Shown here piece by piece: positions 1 through 9,906 of a stretch of DNA of 52,258 nucleotides (its first letter is position 1; each line of letters begins with the position of its first letter). The notes beneath the pieces were generated by a model. The model saw only the letters and a program-made list of their open reading frames with translations. It did no database searches and had not been told where the DNA came from. This DNA is from Promethearchaeota archaeon Loki_b32 (lineage in GTDB: Archaea > Asgardarchaeota > Lokiarchaeia > Sigyniarchaeales > SOKP01), in contig NJBH01000029.1 in NCBI GenBank assembly GCA_005223125.1, forward strand, positions 1-52,258, in the 5' to 3' direction. The translations under genes were made by a program, and so were the position numbers.

Positions 1-313
1 TAAAGACCAAATGGACACTTAGTACCATGAATTTTGAATTTTTCATCCGAGATCGAAATTATTTTAACGAAATTTTGATCAAAACTTTTCGAAAATGCTT
101 TAGCGACGGTAGTTAAATTGTTATTTGGGAGTTTTTTTTTTACTTTTAGGCCTAATGACTTTCCTTGTTTCCTACAAACATCTTTTATAATAGGCAATAC
201 TTCAACTGTTTATCTGTATACATATATTTAAATTGAGGTTATAAATAATAACTAATATCTATAAAAAATTTTTTCGAAATAAATAAAAAAAAAATTAAAG
301 GTAAAAATCCAAA

Positions 314-991
314 ATGAAAAATAAAGGAAAATTATTTAGTATTGTGGTTCTTCTTAGTCTATCACTTTTAGCAATATCTACAAACGTGTTCGGACAAATA
401 ACTTATACCTGTGAAGTTAAAGAGGAAGATGAGTTTATTTTTACAGTTACAACATTGCATGCAGAAGAATACGGGTTTCTGGAGCAATTGAGTGTTGGTG
501 ATAAAATGAAAATCAAGATTACAGATATTACGGAGGAAACAGATTATTTCGATGTAGAATATGACGAATGGGCTATGATATCTAAAGGTGAATCATTCAG
601 TTCTACCGCAGATTCAAATAGTTGGGAGGATGTTTATAAGGATCCTTCTGATCCTGAGGCACTTTTGGAGCTTAGTTACTTTGTACTTACCCCCGTGAGT
701 GATTATCTCGCTGCATTTGCAGAAGCTAACTCTGAGGAAGGTTATTCAAGTTCTGGAAATAAGTTGACCAAATCATCTTATGATTCAACATCCCAAATTA
801 TTACAACATTTGACTCTAATGGGGTTGTGTCTAAAGATGAGCTTAAATTGGGTGGTACTGTGGTGCTTGTTCTGAGTAGGGGTGGTGATGGTTCATCAAT
901 TCCAGGATATGATCTACCAATATTAATAGGATTAACTACCATTGCAGGCGTAAGTATTATTTATATTGTAAAGAAAAAAATGCTAAAATAA
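314..991 (+). CDS. Secreted/surface protein with Loki-CTERM sorting domain
   Basis: N-terminal signal peptide (MKNKGKLFSIVVLLSLSLLAIS), acidic body, C-terminal GGDGSS-IPGY, a hydrophobic helix and KKKMLK, matching the Loki-CTERM (PGF-CTERM-like) pattern. Confidence 0.8.
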   Translation: MKNKGKLFSIVVLLSLSLLAISTNVFGQITYTCEVKEEDEFIFTVTTLHAEEYGFLEQLSVGDKMKIKITDITEETDYFDVEYDEWAMISKGESFSSTADSNSWEDVYKDPSDPEALLELSYFVLTPVSDYLAAFAEANSEEGYSSSGNKLTKSSYDSTSQIITTFDSNGVVSKDELKLGGTVVLVLSRGGDGSSIPGYDLPILIGLTTIAGVSIIYIVKKKMLK

Positions 992-1270
992 GAAGACTCA
1001 AAATGTTTCAAACAAATTCGCCTTATTGAAGATCACTCAGTAAAAACTTAACAACTCAACTCTTAACTTTTTTTATAATTAGCTTTTCTTATTATTTAAT
1101 CGTCAGATCCATAATAAAATTTGGATTCATACAAATTATAAGATATTAATGTCTCTATCAAGAAGAGATAAATTCTTTAAGTGATATTTTATTTGTATTG
1201 TTCTATTTATTCTGTTTAAATATTAATGAGTATTATATATTTTTAAAACCCTAATTTTTGATATCGTACC

Positions 1271-1654
1271 ATGAAATCTATAATAATTGAAAATGAAAAA
1301 ATCGGAGAAGTAAAAGCAAAATTGTTAATAGATAAAAATCCTCAAACTTGTCAAGCAATTTGGGAAGCTCTTCCATTTGATGTGAAATTATCAAGATGGG
1401 GTGAAGAGCTATATGGTGATTGTCCAGTTTCTATTCCCGAAGAAGACTCTCAAACCGAATGTGAAGTTGGAGATGTAGGATTTTGGATTAGTGGACAAGG
1501 ATTCTGTATTTTCTGGGGGCCAACTCCTGCCAGTTCGGGTGATAAACCCGTTGCTGCAAGCCCTGTCAATATCTTTGCTAAAATTGAAGGGGATGCAAAA
1601 GCTATATTTAATCAATTTTCCTCATTTCAAGGAAAGATAAAAAAAGGGGATTAA
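1271..1654 (+). CDS. Cyclophilin-like fold protein (TM1367/DUF369 type)
   Basis: PQTCQAIWEALP, RWGEELY, GDVGFW, FCIFWGPTPAS and ASPVNIF motifs of archaeal cyclophilin-like proteins. Confidence 0.8.
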   Translation: MKSIIIENEKIGEVKAKLLIDKNPQTCQAIWEALPFDVKLSRWGEELYGDCPVSIPEEDSQTECEVGDVGFWISGQGFCIFWGPTPASSGDKPVAASPVNIFAKIEGDAKAIFNQFSSFQGKIKKGD

Positions 1655-1709
1655 TCAACATAATTTTATTTTTTTTAAATTAAAGTTAAAAAAAACAGTG
1701 TTGTTTTAA

Positions 1710-2576
1710 ATGAAAAAGAAATGGTATAAAGGAAAGGTTTATGTAATTACAGGAGCAAGTGGAGATATAGGAAGTGAAGTTTGTCGAAAATTTGCTCCGT
1801 TAGGAATGCGAATATATTTACTTGATCTTCCTGGTACTCCTTTAGACAAGTTGAAAGAAGAATTAGAAGATTTAGGAGCAGAATATGTTGAAACCCATGA
1901 ATTTGATGTTACAAATCGAGATCAAATTGAAAGTGTAATTAAAAAAATTGGAGAAAAAGAGCAACATCTTGATATTTTACATAATAATGCGGGGATAGGA
2001 ACCACTTGTTCGATTACTAATGGGGGAACATTTGAAGAATATCGAAAACTTATGTCTATAAACGTTGATGGCATGTGGTTAGTGCTTCAAGCAGCATTAC
2101 CGTTTATCGGACGTCCTGCTCCAACTAAAAAATATCCTAATCGAAAAGAAGGGCAACTGATATTTACTTCAAGTTCGGCGGGAAAAACAGGGATCCCAAA
2201 TATGGCAGCATATTCTATGAGTAAATACGCTATTGTTGGTTTAGCAAATTCTATTCGATTAGAATTTAAAATGCAGAATCAAAATATTCAAGTAATTACA
2301 ATTTGTCCTGCCCCAACAAAAACAAAATTTTGGGACTCTACTCGCGAAATGAAGGAATGGGGTGAAAGCTACCAAAAAAGAGGTATTTTATATAAATTTG
2401 TAGATGTTAAAGAGGTGGCAAAAACAGTTCTGAATGCTTCTCGCAAATATAAAAGAGAAGTATTTGTGCCAAGATGGTGGTGGTTACTAGGATGGTTGCA
2501 ACTTACTAGTATTAAAGCTGCTGGAAATCTTTTAATTAGAATAGAAAAGAGTAAAATAAAAATACAGCAAGATTAA
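1710..2576 (+). CDS. Short-chain dehydrogenase/reductase (SDR)
   Basis: TGASGDIG Rossmann motif, NNAG, catalytic YSMSK. Confidence 0.9.
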   Translation: MKKKWYKGKVYVITGASGDIGSEVCRKFAPLGMRIYLLDLPGTPLDKLKEELEDLGAEYVETHEFDVTNRDQIESVIKKIGEKEQHLDILHNNAGIGTTCSITNGGTFEEYRKLMSINVDGMWLVLQAALPFIGRPAPTKKYPNRKEGQLIFTSSSAGKTGIPNMAAYSMSKYAIVGLANSIRLEFKMQNQNIQVITICPAPTKTKFWDSTREMKEWGESYQKRGILYKFVDVKEVAKTVLNASRKYKREVFVPRWWWLLGWLQLTSIKAAGNLLIRIEKSKIKIQQD

Positions 2577-2603
2577 AAATATCATCTTTCTAGATATAAA
2601 ATA

Positions 2604-3323
2604 ATGAAAGAAAAAGGAATGGAACCTTTTGGAGAAGCTCTCGAGGATTTTTATAACGGTAAAAAAAAGGCAGAGATCACTTTAATTCGAGATGATGGAT
2701 TAGAGTTTAATGTTCCTATTGAATATTTCTTTCGAAGCCCTAAAGATTTTTCAAATTTGGAAAAAGAAGCCATACGATTATGTAAAGGTAAAGTTTTAGA
2801 TATGGGAGCAGGAGTTGGACCACATAGTTTGGAACTGCAAAGATTAGGTCTTGAAGTTTATGCGATTGATATATCCTCTCATGCTTGTGAAATAATGAAA
2901 AAAAGGGGAGTAAAAAATGTTCAATGTACAGATTTTTATAATTTAACAACGGATTCATTTGATACTATTCTTCTCTTGGGACGTTCAATAGGATTCGTGG
3001 GGAATTTAGAAGGAATCAAAAAATTCTTATCTTACTGTAAAACGCGCCTTAATCCAGAGGGAATTATAATTCTTGATTCGATTGACATTCGTTTAACTCA
3101 AGAACAAATTCATCTTAATTTTCAGGAAAGAAACCGGAAGTTAGGAAAGTATATTGGTGAAGCAAGTTTCCAGATGAAATACAATAATATTCTAGGAGAT
3201 AAATTCCATAATGTTCAAATAGACCCCGATACACTTAACGAAATTACCCAAGAACTAGGATTACCTTGCAAGATCCTCTGTAAAGAAGAAGATGGAATGT
3301 ATTTAGCTAAAATTTCTACATAA
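2604..3323 (+). CDS. Class I SAM-dependent methyltransferase
   Basis: VLDMGAGVG motif I, AIDIS, FDTILLL. Confidence 0.85.
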   Translation: MKEKGMEPFGEALEDFYNGKKKAEITLIRDDGLEFNVPIEYFFRSPKDFSNLEKEAIRLCKGKVLDMGAGVGPHSLELQRLGLEVYAIDISSHACEIMKKRGVKNVQCTDFYNLTTDSFDTILLLGRSIGFVGNLEGIKKFLSYCKTRLNPEGIIILDSIDIRLTQEQIHLNFQERNRKLGKYIGEASFQMKYNNILGDKFHNVQIDPDTLNEITQELGLPCKILCKEEDGMYLAKIST

Positions 3324-3373
3324 TGCAATAATATTGAGAGAATACTAAGATATTATCATGGTAATATAAATTA

Positions 3374-3395
3374 TCGTGAAAGTGTGCTTTCACGA
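3374..3395. promoter_or_regulatory. Perfect 9-bp inverted repeat (operator or hairpin)
   Basis: TCGTGAAAG-TGTG-CTTTCACGA in the intergenic region ~160 bp upstream of the DUF885 gene. Confidence 0.4.
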
Positions 3396-3556
3396 AGTTT
3401 CATATTAAATAGATTCTTCACTTTCTTCTATTTCACTTTTAAAATGATTGCTCTATAAACTTTATATAATTTTATACTTTAAAATTAAAATGGGTTTGAA
3501 TATGATATAAAGAACCTATTAATTTAAATCAAATTTGTAAATAAGATGAAGAGATA

Positions 3557-5191
3557 ATGGATGAGAACCAAAAATTCGAAGAAATAGTCAATAGAGGTTT
3601 GGAGGAATATTTTAAACGTAATCCGAGAATTGCTGTTCAATTCGGTAAAGAAGAATATGAAAAAGAAGTAGAATCTGGAATCAAGGAACATTTAGTTGAA
3701 AATCTTAAGTGGTTCAGCGAATGGATTGATGAACTTAAACAATTAGATGTTGAAAAATTAAATTTCGAAAATCAAATATCACTAAAAGCAATGGAATACT
3801 ATCACAATCTCAACTTATTCATGCATGAAGCCTTTCCCTTATGGAAAAAAGAACCTAATGGATTAGCATATTTTCAAGAGACTGTCTTCCTTTTATTCCA
3901 ACGAAAGGGACCAGTTACTAGTGTGGCAGAAGTTATTATAGCCCATTTATCAAATTTACCTAAGTATTTAGAGGAATTTCAATCACGTTTTGATGAAACT
4001 CCGATACCAAAAGTATGGAGAGATTTAGCTTTAGAACAAGTTCAATCAACCCCTAAGTCCTTACAAACTCTTGCTGAAGCTTTTAGTGAAACAGCAGATA
4101 TATCTGAATCTCTTAAAAACAAGCTTCTAATAACTTTTAAAGAGGTTGAATCGGTTATCCAGACTCATGTTGAATGGATAAAAAGTTTACCAGTAGATAA
4201 CGATGAATTCGCCTGGGCTTTAGGACCAGAGAAATTCGATAAACTATTAAGTTTACGGAAAATTCCTTGGGATCGAAAAACACTTATAAAAAAAGGGAAT
4301 GAGATATTTAGCTCTGCATTTAAAAAAATAAAACAAATAACCAAAGAGATCTATCCTAAAAAAACACTTAGCGAGGCAATTGAAGCATTTTTTAAAGAAG
4401 ACCAGATTCCTAATTTTCAGGAAGTGCTTGAGTACACTCTCTCTGAAGCGAAACGAGCAAAGAAGTTTATAGAATCCCATAATCTCGCTACTATTCCTCA
4501 AGAAAAGTTGGTTATTGTTGAAACACCCTTCCACCTTATCCCAATCATCCCTGGTGCAGCCTATGTAGAAGCGCCTTATTTTAGAGGAGACCAACCTGGT
4601 ATCTTTATGATTTCTCCTACCCAAAAGGATCGACATTCTTATACCTATGTTTCAGATTGGATGATTCATGAAGCTTATCCTGGGCATCATTTGGATTTCG
4701 TATGCAATAACACCTTTACTCCTCTCATCCGATTGTTAGGTGTCACCTCCTATACATCAATGGAAACAGTAGAAGGATGGGCTCTTTATTGCGAGGAAAT
4801 GATGTTACACCAAGGATTTTATAAGGATCCTGTAAAAACTCAGCAGTTAATCTCAGGACTCCAGGTTGGGCGGGCGATGAACTTGATGTTAGATATCCAA
4901 TTGCACTGTAAGCAACGATCAATGGCAGATGCTAGTAAGATGCTAATGAATGTATTAGCAATGGGAGAAGCAACAGCTAAAGCGGTGATATTGGGATATA
5001 CAACTACTCCCGTCTATCCATTGTCATATCTCATTGGGAAGCTTCTAATTGATGATTTACGACAGGAAGTGGAAGAAAAGATGGGGAACAAATTCAGTTT
5101 AAAGTTCTTTCATGATACTATTCTTAGAAGTGGGGATTTACCTTATTATTTGTTAAAAGAATATTTTGAAGAAAAAATTAAAAATTTATAG
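3557..5191 (+). CDS. DUF885 family protein (zincin-like metallopeptidase)
   Basis: HEAYPGHH motif, EGWALYCE, FHDTILRSG near the C-terminus. Confidence 0.9.
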   Translation: MDENQKFEEIVNRGLEEYFKRNPRIAVQFGKEEYEKEVESGIKEHLVENLKWFSEWIDELKQLDVEKLNFENQISLKAMEYYHNLNLFMHEAFPLWKKEPNGLAYFQETVFLLFQRKGPVTSVAEVIIAHLSNLPKYLEEFQSRFDETPIPKVWRDLALEQVQSTPKSLQTLAEAFSETADISESLKNKLLITFKEVESVIQTHVEWIKSLPVDNDEFAWALGPEKFDKLLSLRKIPWDRKTLIKKGNEIFSSAFKKIKQITKEIYPKKTLSEAIEAFFKEDQIPNFQEVLEYTLSEAKRAKKFIESHNLATIPQEKLVIVETPFHLIPIIPGAAYVEAPYFRGDQPGIFMISPTQKDRHSYTYVSDWMIHEAYPGHHLDFVCNNTFTPLIRLLGVTSYTSMETVEGWALYCEEMMLHQGFYKDPVKTQQLISGLQVGRAMNLMLDIQLHCKQRSMADASKMLMNVLAMGEATAKAVILGYTTTPVYPLSYLIGKLLIDDLRQEVEEKMGNKFSLKFFHDTILRSGDLPYYLLKEYFEEKIKNL

Positions 5192-5352
5192 GGAACATTA
5201 GCAAAAATCTGCTAATTACTATTTCTATTTTTTTCAGTTATACGACTAAAGAGCTTTTAATAAAGAGAGATAAATATTAATTGAGATTTGATCATATATT
5301 TAATGAAGAAAAATATTCTTATATTTATAATTAGTTTATTGAAATAATAGAA

Positions 5353-5580
5353 ATGGTAATTGAAGAGAGAATTGAGACAGATCCTGAAATATGTCATGGT
5401 AAACCTCGCATAAAAGGAACACGAATAATAATTTCAATTATCCTTGAATGGTTAGAAGCGGGAAAAACATTTGAGGAAATTATGGATGCATACCCTGAAT
5501 TATCCAAAGAGGATATATCTGCTACAATTAGATATGCAAGAAAGTCAATAGAGGAAGAGAAAAGTGCCTCAATCTCATGA
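5353..5580 (+). CDS. DUF433 antitoxin-like protein (orphan)
   Basis: DPEICHGKPRIKGTRI...AYPELSKEDISA signature. Confidence 0.9.
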   Translation: MVIEERIETDPEICHGKPRIKGTRIIISIILEWLEAGKTFEEIMDAYPELSKEDISATIRYARKSIEEEKSASIS

Positions 5581-5652
5581 CGCTAAATTTTAAAAAAGAA
5601 ATAAACTAGATTTCTTTTAGATAAAGAAAAAAATTTTGAATTTTGCAATAAC

Positions 5653-6201
5653 CTATAAGTATTTTTTATTAATAGGAGCATATAGATCTAAATGGAGTTT
5701 TTCCTCTCCGATTTCAGGATAATTAACATGGAGTTCTAATCCAGTAATTCCATGTTCAAATTTATCTTTATCATAAAAATTAAGCAAACCTTTACATTTT
5801 GGATGTAAACTATATTTATCATTATTAGATATCCACTCTAATAAGGCTTGCCAGCCACTGCCTATATTGTTAGCACCTTTTACAGAGACCACAGCATATG
5901 ATCCTGATTCGACATTCTTAAGAATTCCTTTTGCTTTAAAATCTTCGGGAATCGTTATCCAAATTTCATATCCATAAGGTTTTTTTTTGGATGCTATTTG
6001 TTCTCCTTTTTCATTAAATTTAGGAAGCGGGTTATTAAAACCTAATATTTGATGTTCTAGTGGATCAATGGAAATACCACTTTTTTTAATCAATTCTTCT
6101 AATTTTTGATGAGATTTAATCTCAGGGTCTCCAATGAATTCCCCCCATGAATGGAAAGAGATAACTCGCATTTGAGGTAATTTAACTAATTTAACAAACA
6201 T
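5653..6201 (-). CDS. GyrI-like / effector-binding domain protein
   Basis: VKLPQMRV, GFNNP, YGYEIWITIP, GSYAV, LDLYAPI pattern; no DNA-binding domain. Confidence 0.75.
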   Translation of the reverse strand: MFVKLVKLPQMRVISFHSWGEFIGDPEIKSHQKLEELIKKSGISIDPLEHQILGFNNPLPKFNEKGEQIASKKKPYGYEIWITIPEDFKAKGILKNVESGSYAVVSVKGANNIGSGWQALLEWISNNDKYSLHPKCKGLLNFYDKDKFEHGITGLELHVNYPEIGEEKLHLDLYAPINKKYL

Positions 6202-6302
6202 TTTATTTCACCTTAAAGTAACTAAGATCAATTATAAATATAATCTATAACTTAAGATTCTTTAAGATCGACACAGTATCAAATTTTAAGATTTCATTCT
6301 AT

Positions 6303-6872
6303 TTGTCAATGATGGCAAGATCCATATCCTTTAGAAAAGCTAACATTTCAGATTTAAGTGGAATTGTTAAAGTCAATGTTGATACGTGGAAAACTACATA
6401 TCAGGGAATAATTTCAGAAGAATTTCTTCAAAATTTATCCTATGAAGATAAGGAAGCAAATTGGAGACAAAGATTGGAAAAACCAACTCAAGGTGCCATA
6501 ATATATGTAGCTGAGAAAGATTCTAAAGAAATTGTAGGATTTACTTTAGCAACTCTAGAAAAATGTAATCCCATAATAGCATTACTTCAAGTAGAGAGAT
6601 ATAACGGGGAATTATGTGCAATTTATGTTCTGGAAGAATTCCAACATAAAAAAGTCGGAACTGAATTAGTTCAATTAGTTGTAAATCATTTTAAACTGAA
6701 TAATATTCATAGCATGATTACATGGGTATTAAAAGAAAATCCTTCACGTAGATTCTATGAAAAATTAGGAGGAAAATTTCTTGGAGAACAATCTATTGAA
6801 ATAGGAGGTATAAAATACATTGAAATTGCATATGGATGGGAGAATACTGAAGCAATTCTTTCAAAATATTAA
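6303..6872 (+). CDS. GNAT family N-acetyltransferase
   Basis: VDTWKTTYQGII, ELCAIYVLEEFQHKKVGT acetyl-CoA motif A, WVLKENPSRRFYEKLGG. The start may be an ATG at 6309 or 6312. Confidence 0.9.
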   Translation: MSMMARSISFRKANISDLSGIVKVNVDTWKTTYQGIISEEFLQNLSYEDKEANWRQRLEKPTQGAIIYVAEKDSKEIVGFTLATLEKCNPIIALLQVERYNGELCAIYVLEEFQHKKVGTELVQLVVNHFKLNNIHSMITWVLKENPSRRFYEKLGGKFLGEQSIEIGGIKYIEIAYGWENTEAILSKY

Positions 6873-7681
6873 CCTTTTTTATGAGCTTTAATTGAAAACA
6901 TCATAGGAACTGAAAATTCTAAATTTGTGAACTCCCAATATCCATCTTCTCTTTTTTTCATGTTAGGGTGTATATTATGAAATGTAAATGGAAATTCATG
7001 CAAAAATTCGATTTCAAATTTAGCATGTATTAAAGCATTTATTATCGCACTCATACTGTGTAGCCAATCGTAAGATTCTCGATTCTCTAATTTTGCTGAT
7101 GGATTTGCATATGAACCATCCTCATTCCAATATATTGGTTTTCCCTCAGAAAAGTAATTATAACCTACTTTAAATGCCTCTTGGTGTTCATCAATAAGAA
7201 GGCCGAATGGATGATTATCTATAATATAAAAAAGACCTCCAGGGTTTAAATAATCACTAATAAGTTGAGCCCATTTAGTCATATCAGGCAACCAGCAAAT
7301 AGCACCATATGAAGTATATACTATATCGAATTTCTTATCCAAAACATTTCGAATATCATAGACATTTGATAAAATAAATTTTGCGGGTATTTGTAACTCA
7401 TCACTCAACGTTTTAGCTAAATTAATAGCTTTATCTGAAAAATCTACACCAGTAACTTCAGCTCCTAATCTAGCCCATGAAAGGGTATCCATCCCAAAAT
7501 GACACTGTAAATGCAGTAAGGTTTTTCCTTTAACATCTCCTAATTCTTCTAGTTCTATTGAAAATAAAGACGTTTTACCCGACTTAAAGCCTTTTAAATC
7601 ATAAGATTTGGAGTTAGCATTAATTTCTACGAGCTCATTCCATCGTTTTAAATTAATCTCAAAATATTTATCATTCTTCAT
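6869..7681 (-). CDS. Class I SAM-dependent methyltransferase
   Basis: LLHLQCHFGMDTLSWARLGA variant motif I, GVDFS, FDIVYTSYG. Confidence 0.9.
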   Translation of the reverse strand: MKNDKYFEINLKRWNELVEINANSKSYDLKGFKSGKTSLFSIELEELGDVKGKTLLHLQCHFGMDTLSWARLGAEVTGVDFSDKAINLAKTLSDELQIPAKFILSNVYDIRNVLDKKFDIVYTSYGAICWLPDMTKWAQLISDYLNPGGLFYIIDNHPFGLLIDEHQEAFKVGYNYFSEGKPIYWNEDGSYANPSAKLENRESYDWLHSMSAIINALIHAKFEIEFLHEFPFTFHNIHPNMKKREDGYWEFTNLEFSVPMMFSIKAHKKG

Positions 7682-7735
7682 AATTTTAGGTAAAGGATAT
7701 ATAATTTTTTACTAAATATAATGCTCAAATTAATA

Positions 7736-8179
7736 TTACTTAAATTTATACATAATTCTGTAAACATCTTCTTTAGTTTTCACATTTCCAACTAGAACAC
7801 AATTGTCAATATTAATATTCTCGCAATTCAATAAGGTATTTTTCCCAATAATGCAATTATTTAATTTAACATTCTCACCAATTAATGCATTATCAAAAAT
7901 AATTGAGTTCGAGATTTCTACATAATTTTTTATTTCGGTATTCTTCCCAATATAGACATTTGGACCTAAAAGAACATCATCTCCAATTTTAACGTTCACA
8001 TTTAGATACACAGGTTCTATGAATGTAGGATAATCCCCTATAAAATTATCAATCTTACTTTTTTTAAGATGTGTTTTCAAGAAATTTTTCAATAATTCTT
8101 GAATCTGAGCTTGAGAATTTAACTCTAAATTGCTAATTACCTTCTCAATTTTTTTTAGTTCTTTTTCCATTTTTTCCAC
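7736..8179 (-). CDS. Stand-alone left-handed beta-helix (hexapeptide repeat) protein
   Basis: Repeated hexapeptides (VKIGDD, VLLGPN, VYIGKN, NSIIFD, NCIIGK), resembling the C-terminal domain of NDP-sugar pyrophosphorylases. Confidence 0.75.
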   Translation of the reverse strand: MEKMEKELKKIEKVISNLELNSQAQIQELLKNFLKTHLKKSKIDNFIGDYPTFIEPVYLNVNVKIGDDVLLGPNVYIGKNTEIKNYVEISNSIIFDNALIGENVKLNNCIIGKNTLLNCENINIDNCVLVGNVKTKEDVYRIMYKFK

Positions 8180-8193
8180 TCCATCTAAAAGTT

Positions 8194-8910
8194 TTATAAC
8201 TCTAAAGCTTCAATTAATGTATCAATATTTTCTCCAGTTTTAGCACTTGTAGTTATTACTTTTATATCTGGGTTGAAACCACATGCATCTTTTATCATTT
8301 TATCAATATTAGTTCCTAATCTCTCTAGAAGATCTATCTTGTTAATGACTGCAATATCAGACATTTTAAAAAGCATCGGATGTTTTTCAATTACCCATTC
8401 ACCCTCAGTAATCGATACAACAGTAATTCTTTTATCAGTCCCTAGCTTAAAATCAGAAGGACAAATTAAATTACCTACATTTTCCACAAAAATTAGATCA
8501 AAATCGAATAAGTCTTTATTTTTAATAACTTGGTTAATGTGATAAGCATTTAATGCACATTCACGTCCTGTATTTATTTGTACTGTTTCAGCATTATGTT
8601 TTTCAATTCTATCAGCGTCTACTCTAGTTGTAATATCACCACATATTACTAGGATTCGATATTTTTTTGATAATTTTTCAGTTATTTTTTCCAAAATAGC
8701 TGTTTTTCCAGCGCCTATTGCCCCCACAATATCTATAGATTTAATTCCTCTTTTATTTAACTCATCATTTATTTGTGCTGCTAGTAAATCATTATCTTTT
8801 TCGACTTCTTTCTTTGTATCTATAACAAGATCTCTTATTTCATCCCTCGCTAAATTAATACTCTCTAATTCTTTGATCCGTTGAATTTCCTGTTTTCTCT
8901 TTTCTGACAT
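8194..8910 (-). CDS. hypB: Hydrogenase nickel incorporation GTPase HypB
   Basis: GAIGAGKT P-loop, QINTG.EC, ENVGNLICP, NKIDL, TSAKTGE. Confidence 0.92.
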   Translation of the reverse strand: MSEKRKQEIQRIKELESINLARDEIRDLVIDTKKEVEKDNDLLAAQINDELNKRGIKSIDIVGAIGAGKTAILEKITEKLSKKYRILVICGDITTRVDADRIEKHNAETVQINTGRECALNAYHINQVIKNKDLFDFDLIFVENVGNLICPSDFKLGTDKRITVVSITEGEWVIEKHPMLFKMSDIAVINKIDLLERLGTNIDKMIKDACGFNPDIKVITTSAKTGENIDTLIEALEL

Positions 8911-8975
8911 ATGTAATATAAAATAAAAAATAATACTATAAGGATTACTTTTTTAAATTAAGAATCAGAAAAAAA

Positions 8976-9818
8976 TTATTTGTTTTTATAATTATAGAAT
9001 CCTTTTCTAGTTTTTACACCTAATTCCCCTCTATCCACCTTTTCTTTAAGAAGATCTGGTGGTTTATCGTCTGAGAGTCCACTATTCTTGAAATATGACA
9101 TTTCTATATCATAAATCACATCTAACCCAATTCGGTCCATAAATCCAAAAGGACCATAATTATTTGTGATAAAATATTGGCAAAAAATAGGCCATGCTTT
9201 ATCGACAGTTTCAAGATCAGCATTTCCCTCCGCCCAGATCTTTAGACAGTCTTTTTTAATAGCTCTCCATATTCTATTAAGAACAAAACCATAACACTCT
9301 TTTTTAACCTCCAGAGGTGTAACTTCAATACTTTCTACCCATGTCTTCCCTTTCTGGAACGTAGTATCACTAGTTTGAGTTCCCCGCATGATATCCGCCA
9401 ACGGCATTGTAAAAAGGTTGTAGAAATGAATATTCATTACTTTATCTTTCCGTTTAACAACATCTTCTAATTTTGAAATCGGAATGGAAGAACTATTAGT
9501 GGCAATTATAGCATGGGATGGTGCTAATTTATCAATTTGTGAAAATATTTCTCTTTTCAACTCTAGTTTCTCTGGAACTGTCTCAATGATTAAATCTGCA
9601 TTTTTTACCACTTCAGAAATATTATCATAGACCTTAATATCAATTTTGATTTTTTTCTTATCAGTTTTCTTCTTTACATCATTAATAAATTCCTCTAATC
9701 CTTTAGAACTTACATCAAAAACATTTATATTATATCCATATAAAGCAGATTTCTCAATAATTTGTCGACCCATATATCCTGCTCCAATTATAGATATAGT
9801 AGTAATTTTATCACTCAC
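8976..9818 (-). CDS. 3-hydroxyacyl-CoA dehydrogenase family protein
   Basis: IIGAGYMG, IETVPEKLELK, ATNSSS, HF, GFVLNRI, GELGVKTRKGFY. GTG start after an AAGGTGA RBS. Confidence 0.9.
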   Translation of the reverse strand: MSDKITTISIIGAGYMGRQIIEKSALYGYNINVFDVSSKGLEEFINDVKKKTDKKKIKIDIKVYDNISEVVKNADLIIETVPEKLELKREIFSQIDKLAPSHAIIATNSSSIPISKLEDVVKRKDKVMNIHFYNLFTMPLADIMRGTQTSDTTFQKGKTWVESIEVTPLEVKKECYGFVLNRIWRAIKKDCLKIWAEGNADLETVDKAWPIFCQYFITNNYGPFGFMDRIGLDVIYDIEMSYFKNSGLSDDKPPDLLKEKVDRGELGVKTRKGFYNYKNK

Positions 9819-9906
9819 ATAATCACCTTAAATTCAAAAATTAATTATTTATAATTTTTTATCTATGATAGAAAAGATTTTGTTATGATTATTAATAAAT
9901 TTTTAA

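Noticed and set aside
1-46. Possible minus-strand gene start at the left edge (MKNSKFMVLSVHLVF...)
   Set aside because: Only 15 codons are visible, too little to support.
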